The notes beneath the pieces were generated by a model. The model made no database searches, was not told the origin of the DNA, and was given only the letters and a program-made list of their open reading frames with translations. Below are positions 16,326 to 23,247 of a DNA stretch of 23,247 bases, one piece after another (within the stretch, counting starts at the first letter, position 1; every line of letters begins with the position of its first letter). Made by a program: the position numbers and the translations under genes. The stretch is from the NCBI GenBank assembly GCA_051532035.1, contig JAOPTW010000054.1, positions 374 to 23,620 on the forward strand, read 5' to 3'. This DNA comes from Fibrobacterales bacterium. Lineage in GTDB: Bacteria > Fibrobacterota > Fibrobacteria > Fibrobacterales > JAOPTW01.

Positions 16326-17804
16326 TTAAAGGGCTGTAGACATCTTAAAGAAAAGCTTTGGTCGCGTAACTTTTTTAAAGTCGTACATTTCTAACGATAT
16401 TTTAGTCTCAAAATTCAACCGCTTATTTGATAAGACTGCGCACTCAGCCCTGTAGTCAATGACGAGCTGTTTTTCTCTATAATCAAGGCGCGGTAGTGTA
16501 ATTGAAAAGCGATCATCAAAGAGATAAGGGAGTGAGCGAGATAGAAATATTGAAGAGGGAAGCCACCGGTTTCCACTATAATTCCGATTGTGGATCGTTG
16601 ATGCCAATCCAATAGTATGCACTTTTCTATGATAACTCAACTGGCTTTCCAAAAGAGGAATACCGCTCTGAGAAATATCACTCCATAGCGCAACACTTTG
16701 ACCCTTTACCGAACCTAAATCTAAAGCAGTTGTAATCCGAGACCGATGAAACACCGATTCACCTTTATTAATTGAAGTGGTTCCTCCATAGCGTAGTTCC
16801 CACTGATTATTCACCCATTTGTGGCTTTGAACCACTAACAATTCTTGCCCCTGATTTACCACGAGTGCAGCTCCAACAGTATCTTTCTCGTAACCAACAC
16901 GCGTAAGGACAAAGTCTCTATAGGCACTTGTTCTATAAGAAATTGAAAGTTTTGACGCAACACTCTTTACGGTACTTTTGATTGAAAGCTTCCCATAGAG
17001 TGCAGTAGGGCCACCTGAGCTATAGATTACACCACGAAAAATACGTCCCTCTTTTTCCACTTCTCCAACCAAGCCCCCAAGGGGCATTCGTTCAGACAAT
17101 ACATAGTCAGATGAGTAGATGTGTCCATACATAACCATCGGGGATAGATGCCCCTTATATAGTTGTTTACGGGCTGAAACTACTACTAACTTACTATAAA
17201 TATTTCCATCCTCTCTGCTATATTTATTATATGATCCCCCTAAAAGGATTGATGTTCCTTTTGCTGTATACTCCAACAATCCGCCATTCAGCCCCCTTTT
17301 AGGGTGAGACAAAGAGGATTCACTGTTACCTAAGACCCTTGGGGCCGTAATAGAGTGACCGCCCTGTCTCAATGTGATAGACCCCCATTCAGTCCGTAAT
17401 CCACCATTTTTTAACGTTACAGATCTCGATTGAATAGCACGAGAATGTGGGTAGAGTGCAATACTCATCCCAACATACTTAGTCGTCAAAGACCCCTTTA
17501 AATTACTTCTTAACAGAGAATCACGTTCTATATCTCTATTAAAACTGTACTCTGCTCGAACACTATGTGAAGTACCTCCCGTATCGAGAGTAATTCCATA
17601 CTCTTCAAAAAGCGCTTCACATTCCAAAGAATCTTTGGCCCACTCTGTATACTCTATCCTTTCAATCAGCTCTTGATACTCATCCCAGGTAACCACACCA
17701 ACCTCAAACTGTTCATACGCATGTTGATATGGTGAGTATGACCACAGCTCCATCACTAAGAGAATACAGATGGTACTCACTAACTTCACTAGTTTACAAT
17801 ACAT
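16326..17804 (-). CDS. Hypothetical exported, probably outer-membrane beta-rich protein, 492 aa
   Basis: Long ORF, hydrophobic N-terminus, short acidic helical domain followed by many amphipathic beta-strands. Confidence 0.65.
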   Translation of the reverse strand: MYCKLVKLVSTICILLVMELWSYSPYQHAYEQFEVGVVTWDEYQELIERIEYTEWAKDSLECEALFEEYGITLDTGGTSHSVRAEYSFNRDIERDSLLRSNLKGSLTTKYVGMSIALYPHSRAIQSRSVTLKNGGLRTEWGSITLRQGGHSITAPRVLGNSESSLSHPKRGLNGGLLEYTAKGTSILLGGSYNKYSREDGNIYSKLVVVSARKQLYKGHLSPMVMYGHIYSSDYVLSERMPLGGLVGEVEKEGRIFRGVIYSSGGPTALYGKLSIKSTVKSVASKLSISYRTSAYRDFVLTRVGYEKDTVGAALVVNQGQELLVVQSHKWVNNQWELRYGGTTSINKGESVFHRSRITTALDLGSVKGQSVALWSDISQSGIPLLESQLSYHRKVHTIGLASTIHNRNYSGNRWLPSSIFLSRSLPYLFDDRFSITLPRLDYREKQLVIDYRAECAVLSNKRLNFETKISLEMYDFKKVTRPKLFFKMSTAL

Positions 17805-17881
17805 TCTCTCATCTCACTCTTTAGTCCTGTGTTGAACGAAATAAATACTATTTTGGTAACCTCAACAGCTGAGAAAAAATC

Positions 17882-19195
17882 ATGACACTCCATAAACGAT
17901 TTATAACGCTCTCTCTTCCAAACATAATTTCCAATCTCACGGTGCCCCTCGCTGGTATTATTGATCTCGCTCTTCTTGGCCATCTTCAAGATATCGCCCC
18001 CCTCGCTGGTGTTGCACTCGGAACTATCATATTTGACTACATCTATTGGAGTTTTGGGTTTCTGAGAATGGGCACGACAGGGATCACCGCTACAGCATTT
18101 GGCAAACAAGATCAATTGGCACTCACAACCATAGCCTTCAGAGGTCTTGGACTTGCCGCCACTATTGGTGTACTCCTCCTGGCTCTTAAAATACCCATTG
18201 GTGAGCTAAGTTTTTCACTGCTCCAGGGGGCACAGTCAGTAGAGCATTCGGGTAAAGCCTATTTTGATGCCCGTATTTGGGCCGCCCCAGCGACCCTTGC
18301 CCTGTATGTAATTAACGGGTGGTTCCTTGGTATGCACCGTTCAGGAACAGTCCTTATTCTCGCGATACTTCTTAATGGCGCAAATATCATATTTGACACC
18401 CTCTTTATCTATAGTTTTGGATGGGGGGCGGCGGGAGCGGGATACGCTACCATGCTGTCAGTCTGTCTTACGGCAGTAGCTGGACTTTCCGTCCTCTTAT
18501 TTTCTCTAAAGTCTTATCCGCGACCCTCACTCTCTATGCTCTTCAACAAAAAAGAGACCCTAGAGTTAATCTCTTTAAACATCAATTTACTGATTAGAAC
18601 CTTTCTTCTTATCACAGTATTTGCCCTCTTTACCAATATATCATCGCTCTTTGGTACCCTTGTATTAGCCGCAAATACAATAGCCCTCAAACTTATATCA
18701 GTTGGGGCCTACTTTATCGATGGATTTGCTTTTGCCCTTGAGGCGATGGCAGGTAAATTTTATGGTGAAAAAGATGGAAGTAACCTTCTGGCGACCCTCA
18801 AATTGAGTCTTTGGTATTGCCTTGGATCCATCCTTCTTTTTACCCTCGGTATAATGGTTGCTCACGACTCTATTATCTCACTCTTTGCTTCATCACAGTA
18901 TCACCCAGAGGTTATCTCTCTGACCGCATCTTACACACCTTTTATCATTGTAGCTCTTATCGCTGCGGGGTCTGCATACATTTTTGATGGTTTTTTTATT
19001 GGCATGGCTCGTGGTGATGTATTACGAAAATCGATGATCCTCTCATCACTCCTTGGCTTTATCCCCCTTGCGACACTCTCAGTCTATTTCTATAAGCCAG
19101 AGCTACTCTGGGGGGCACTGATACTATTTATGATCATGAGAAGTATTTCTCTTGCTACAATGATTGGACCCACTATTCGCTGTGCCTCTGAATAA
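17882..19195 (+). CDS. dinF: MATE family efflux transporter (DinF subfamily)
   Basis: [54 protein letters not shown] motifs; about 12 hydrophobic segments. Confidence 0.92.
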   Translation: MTLHKRFITLSLPNIISNLTVPLAGIIDLALLGHLQDIAPLAGVALGTIIFDYIYWSFGFLRMGTTGITATAFGKQDQLALTTIAFRGLGLAATIGVLLLALKIPIGELSFSLLQGAQSVEHSGKAYFDARIWAAPATLALYVINGWFLGMHRSGTVLILAILLNGANIIFDTLFIYSFGWGAAGAGYATMLSVCLTAVAGLSVLLFSLKSYPRPSLSMLFNKKETLELISLNINLLIRTFLLITVFALFTNISSLFGTLVLAANTIALKLISVGAYFIDGFAFALEAMAGKFYGEKDGSNLLATLKLSLWYCLGSILLFTLGIMVAHDSIISLFASSQYHPEVISLTASYTPFIIVALIAAGSAYIFDGFFIGMARGDVLRKSMILSSLLGFIPLATLSVYFYKPELLWGALILFMIMRSISLATMIGPTIRCASE

Positions 19196-22001
19196 CCCAC
19201 TTCTGAAGAATATCACGTACCTCTGTAAGCTTCATTGGTTTAGGGATGTAATCATCCATACCTGCACTAGTAAATGACCCCACCTCATCTTTGAGTTCCT
19301 GAGCAGTCAAGGCAATTATGGGAACCGTCTTACCCAACCCATCAAAATTTCTTATAGTCCGAGTTGCCTCACTACCATTCATGCCAGGTAAATTATAGTC
19401 CATCAAAACTAGATCATACCTATTGGATAAAAACATCTGTACTGCATCACTCCCACTCTCGGCAATAGCAATGTCATGATACCCTAATTTTTGCAGCATA
19501 GACAGGGCAATTTTTTGATGTAATGCGTTATTTTCCACCAAGAGTATTTTCGTTTCATGACTCCCTTCTTTACCTTTTAACGAATATCGCGTTACTAACT
19601 CCTGGTCATTCAACCCACCTTGAGTTGCAATACCAATAGTTTGAAGCAGTTCATGTTTCGTTACTGGCTTAGAGAGGTATCCATCAAAACCCGCCTTAAA
19701 CATTTTATCAGCATCACCCTTTGCCGTCTTTGTAGTACACACAATAAAGGTACTCTCTTTAAACTCACTACGCTGCTTTAGTCCATTGCAATACTTCTCG
19801 CCCTCAACCTCTAAAATGGCCTTATCAAAAATGAGCACATCAAACGGGCGGCCCTCAGCAATTGATGCATCTATCGCTTGACGTCCATGCACCCCCATTG
19901 CCTCTGTAATCAAGCGACACCCAGCCGATTCTAAATAGTTTCTAAAAATAAGGCGCGCTACCCGAGAATTATCGGCGATTAACACACGGGTATCTGAAAA
20001 ATCAATTTGATCAGACACCTTAAGGGCACTACTCTTCGTTGAAGCTCCCAATTGTGCGGTAAACCAAAACTGTGACCCTTTTCCCAAAGTACTGTTATAT
20101 CCAATTTCACCACTCATAAGCTCAACCAGTTGACGGGAGATAGCAATACCAAGTCCTCTACTCGCAAATCCGCTTGGCATTGGGGCCTTTGGATTACTAT
20201 AGGGCTCAAACAGAGTTTCGTGCATATTTTCGGGAATGCCAACCCCTGTATCTTCTATAACACACTTCAATAATACAGTCTGGGTACCAGCATCCTGAAC
20301 TTTTTGTATGTGAATTAAGACATGCCCCTGTTCAGTATATCTGATAGCATTATTTGCAAGATGAATAATGCACTGTCTTAAGCGAGCCGGATCACCCACA
20401 AGATACTGAGGAACTGATTCATCGACAACCACCCCAAACTCTATCCCTTGCTCTTCTGCTTTTATATAGAGAATATCAGATACCACATCAAGGGCTTTTC
20501 TCACATCAAAATCGATATGTTGAAACTCAATCTTCCCCGCTTCGATACGAGAAAAATCAAGAATATCATTAAGGAGCTCCATTAGTGCAGTACCACTGTT
20601 TTTAGCGACTTCTATAAACTCTCTTTGTTCTGGGTTAAGCTCTGTCTCGAGTACAAGATCTGCCATACCCAGCACTCCATTCAGCGGAGTTCTAATCTCA
20701 TGGGACATATTTGCAAGAAATGCACTCCGTGCCACATTTGCATGTTCAGCCTTCATGGCCATCTCATTTACTTTTTCAAGAGACTGACGCAATTGATCAT
20801 TCAGCAATTCAAGCTCTTTATTCTTTGCTCTTACTTCGCTATTAAGGGCAGTATAGTCATTTTTAACTAAGTCAAAGGCTTCCGCCACCCTTTTAAAGGG
20901 GTGTATATCATTAAATTTCTCAGCAATGCCATCACTCCCTTCCCACACGAGTGAGCCCACTACTTCTATTAAATGGTCTAAATCCTCAGAGGTGATTGAG
21001 TGCTGGGTGACTACACGCCTAATCTCACGGTGTTCTGATTCAATATGAGCATTCATTAGATCAAGTGCTTCAGTTATATTCTCAACAAAAACAAAATTCA
21101 TATTGACTATTTTTTGAACAAACAACAATGCTGTTTTCATTAAAGGGTGGGGGCTTATTACATAGGTTTTCAGAGAATTCACACCATATTTTTGTTGAAT
21201 TCTACGGATCTCTTGGGCAAAAATCTTTCTCACCCCAACCGGAGTTGGCCCCATTTCAGAGTAATCCACCACTCGAAAGTACTGCTTTTGATCGATAATT
21301 TCTTCCCTAAATATTTTCTCTTCAATAGCGGTAAAACCCGTAACATCTTCGGGTATCAATCCTTCACCACTATGTTTTACATAGAGTACAAATCCTTTTG
21401 CTGCCTTAAAAGTACCTCGATATTTGTGTTTTATGGAAGTATAGCTCCAATAATTATTACCGACAAAATCCTGGAGCTTCACTGGTGAATAGACACCCTT
21501 TGGCTCTACATTAATAAAAGATAATGCTTGCTCGAGCGCCTCCCCATATGATGCAAAGACTCGATATTCGTATACTGGCTTTCGAGATAACAGCTGTCTA
21601 CTTTTAAGTCGAGCCCGCATTGCAAAGGATGCCCTCGTAACAAAATACCCTAGATAGTTAGGTGAAATTCTCGATTTATACTGTAAAAAGAGTGCTCGTT
21701 CTTTACGATTGGGTTTACCTCTCACTTGTGAGAGGTCCTCTATTTCGATAAAATGCTGACCAGCAGTAAAAGCCTGAGCATATATCTTCATCAATATTTC
21801 ATGAGCTCTGTTGGCATCAAAATCTGTGTAATCACCAACAGGAGTTACAACCAAGATTGCATCTCCCACCCGTTTTATATTGAGATAAAAACTACGCGCA
21901 ATGAGGATATCATTCCATTCTGGCTGACTAAACTCCGGCAAGGCTGTATGGGGGCACGACGATGGTATACTCTTCTCCTTTTGATAAAGAGTATACCACA
22001 T
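19173..22001 (-). CDS. Cytoplasmic hybrid sensor histidine kinase (two N-terminal sensor domains, HisKA, HATPase, two receiver domains)
   Basis: H-box [48 protein letters not shown]1 DVLIFD..KP; REC2 [12 protein letters not shown]; no evident TM helix. Confidence 0.95.
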   Translation of the reverse strand: MWYTLYQKEKSIPSSCPHTALPEFSQPEWNDILIARSFYLNIKRVGDAILVVTPVGDYTDFDANRAHEILMKIYAQAFTAGQHFIEIEDLSQVRGKPNRKERALFLQYKSRISPNYLGYFVTRASFAMRARLKSRQLLSRKPVYEYRVFASYGEALEQALSFINVEPKGVYSPVKLQDFVGNNYWSYTSIKHKYRGTFKAAKGFVLYVKHSGEGLIPEDVTGFTAIEEKIFREEIIDQKQYFRVVDYSEMGPTPVGVRKIFAQEIRRIQQKYGVNSLKTYVISPHPLMKTALLFVQKIVNMNFVFVENITEALDLMNAHIESEHREIRRVVTQHSITSEDLDHLIEVVGSLVWEGSDGIAEKFNDIHPFKRVAEAFDLVKNDYTALNSEVRAKNKELELLNDQLRQSLEKVNEMAMKAEHANVARSAFLANMSHEIRTPLNGVLGMADLVLETELNPEQREFIEVAKNSGTALMELLNDILDFSRIEAGKIEFQHIDFDVRKALDVVSDILYIKAEEQGIEFGVVVDESVPQYLVGDPARLRQCIIHLANNAIRYTEQGHVLIHIQKVQDAGTQTVLLKCVIEDTGVGIPENMHETLFEPYSNPKAPMPSGFASRGLGIAISRQLVELMSGEIGYNSTLGKGSQFWFTAQLGASTKSSALKVSDQIDFSDTRVLIADNSRVARLIFRNYLESAGCRLITEAMGVHGRQAIDASIAEGRPFDVLIFDKAILEVEGEKYCNGLKQRSEFKESTFIVCTTKTAKGDADKMFKAGFDGYLSKPVTKHELLQTIGIATQGGLNDQELVTRYSLKGKEGSHETKILLVENNALHQKIALSMLQKLGYHDIAIAESGSDAVQMFLSNRYDLVLMDYNLPGMNGSEATRTIRNFDGLGKTVPIIALTAQELKDEVGSFTSAGMDDYIPKPMKLTEVRDILQKWVIQRHSE

Positions 22002-22171
22002 ATTTAAAAGAAGGTCGAGTTATCTCTTAACTCAAATAACCCAAAAAACAACACCTCATCTGAATAGAGCAGCCACGCACTTTCTCTTTTAGAGGAAGCC
22101 TTACTTATTTAATTCCATACACTTAGATGGCGAAAATACTATATTAAGACCAATTTTAGAACAGAACCTCT

Positions 22172-23247
22172 ATGACATATAACCGATCTGACATCCTTAA
22201 GAACATATCCCGTGTAGTGATTAAAGCAGGCTCACGCCTTCTTGTAGATATGGAAAAAGGCGGCGTCAATCAACCTATGATCAAAACCCTTACCCACTCC
22301 ATTGCACAACTAAGACGTAGAGGTATCGATGTCGTTTTGGTCAGCTCAGGAGCAGTTGGTGCGGGAATGGCCGTTCTTGGCATTCCTGAAAGGCCTACAA
22401 AACTTGAAAATGTTCAATCATGTGCGAGTGTTGGTCAAATTAAATTGATGAGTATCTATGAGGAGTATTTCAGCAATGAAGGATTCCATGTTGGCCAAGT
22501 ACTTCTGTCTGCAGAAGATTTTAGAATAAGAGATCGGTACATAAATATTTCAAATACAATTCACAGTATGCTGAAACACTCCATCATCCCCATTATTAAT
22601 GAGAATGACTCAGTAACTATTAAAGAGATCAAGGTAGGAGACAATGATAAGCTCTCCGCAGATGTAACTCAGTTTTTAGAGACCGACCTCTTGATTATTT
22701 TAACTGATGAAGAAGGGCTCTTTGACAAAAACCCTAAAGAGCATGACGACGCAACCCTTATTAGTGTTGTTGAAAAAGTCACCCCTGCAATCAAGGCCCT
22801 TGCCGGCAAAGCTGGCTCTAATATTTCTACAGGGGGCATGAAAAGTAAATTAAAGGCCATTAAACAAGCGTCCGCAGCAGGTTCAACCGTTGTTTTAGCT
22901 AACGGCTTTAGCGCATCTATTGAGGATATTATAGCAGGTAAAGATATAGGGACACTTTTTATCGCCTCAAAAACTAAAATTACTCAAAAAAAGAAATGGC
23001 TCTCCTATGTCAGTGACCCGGTTGGTCGCCTCTTTGTTGATGCTGGCGGGATAAATGCTCTAGAAAATAAAAATTCAAGTCTCCTCTCTGTAGGAGTTCA
23101 AAAAACAGATGGATCATTCCAAAAAGGTGATCTGGTCGAGGTGTGTACTAGTTCTGGGACCGCCATAGCGCGGGGTATTACCAATTTTAATAATGATGAA
23201 ATATTGAGTTTAATTGGTAAAAAGTCAGAAGAAGTTACTAAATTATT
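22172..23247 (+). CDS. proB: Glutamate 5-kinase with PUA domain (3' end off window)
   Basis: Manual translation from ATG 22172 is open to the window end: VVIKAGS, LVSSGAVGAG, ASVGQ, PIINENDSV, GDNDKLSA, STGGMKSKL, then PUA region VDAG..SLLSVGV..F.KGD.V..IARG. Not in the ORF track. Confidence 0.97.
   Translation, partial: MTYNRSDILKNISRVVIKAGSRLLVDMEKGGVNQPMIKTLTHSIAQLRRRGIDVVLVSSGAVGAGMAVLGIPERPTKLENVQSCASVGQIKLMSIYEEYFSNEGFHVGQVLLSAEDFRIRDRYINISNTIHSMLKHSIIPIINENDSVTIKEIKVGDNDKLSADVTQFLETDLLIILTDEEGLFDKNPKEHDDATLISVVEKVTPAIKALAGKAGSNISTGGMKSKLKAIKQASAAGSTVVLANGFSASIEDIIAGKDIGTLFIASKTKITQKKKWLSYVSDPVGRLFVDAGGINALENKNSSLLSVGVQKTDGSFQKGDLVEVCTSSGTAIARGITNFNNDEILSLIGKKSEEVTKL

Noticed and set aside
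19173..19195. 23-nt convergent overlap of the dinF and kinase 3' ends
   Set aside because: Short tail-to-tail overlaps are common; no evidence of function.
1..23247. Remaining short ORFs (60-148 aa) nested in or antisense to the called genes; CRISPR, IS, prophage and tRNA search
   Set aside because: These ORFs overlap well-supported genes and lack motifs or SDs. By eye I found no repeat-spacer array, transposase, integrase or tRNA cloverleaf.

Overview
AT-rich bacterial chromosomal window made mostly of housekeeping genes. The gene content and style suggest Fibrobacterota or another FCB-type diderm; this is an inference only. Order: 5' end of tuf (-); divergent EF-G paralogue; rdgB; orphan feoA; ppnP; leuS; two small lipoproteins; a beta-barrel gene next to a frameshifted gene remnant; a coupled fmt-rsmB-OMP-OMP operon; a Crp-family regulator with a secreted beta-helix protein; a probable sigma28-driven acidic protein; a small HTH-like protein; a large hypothetical envelope protein; a MATE/DinF exporter; a soluble hybrid histidine kinase; 5' part of proB. 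No tRNA, rRNA, CRISPR array or mobile element was seen. Most notable observations: (i) the rsmB frame extends 49 codons upstream of the first ATG with no ATG/GTG/TTG, and has an ATT codon with a well-spaced SD inside the end of fmt, suggesting non-canonical initiation; (ii) an EF-G paralogue lacking the translocation loops sits directly upstream of tuf; (iii) a probably leaderless feoA, with a Fur-like box and no feoB nearby, heads feoA-rdgB-EF-G paralogue.
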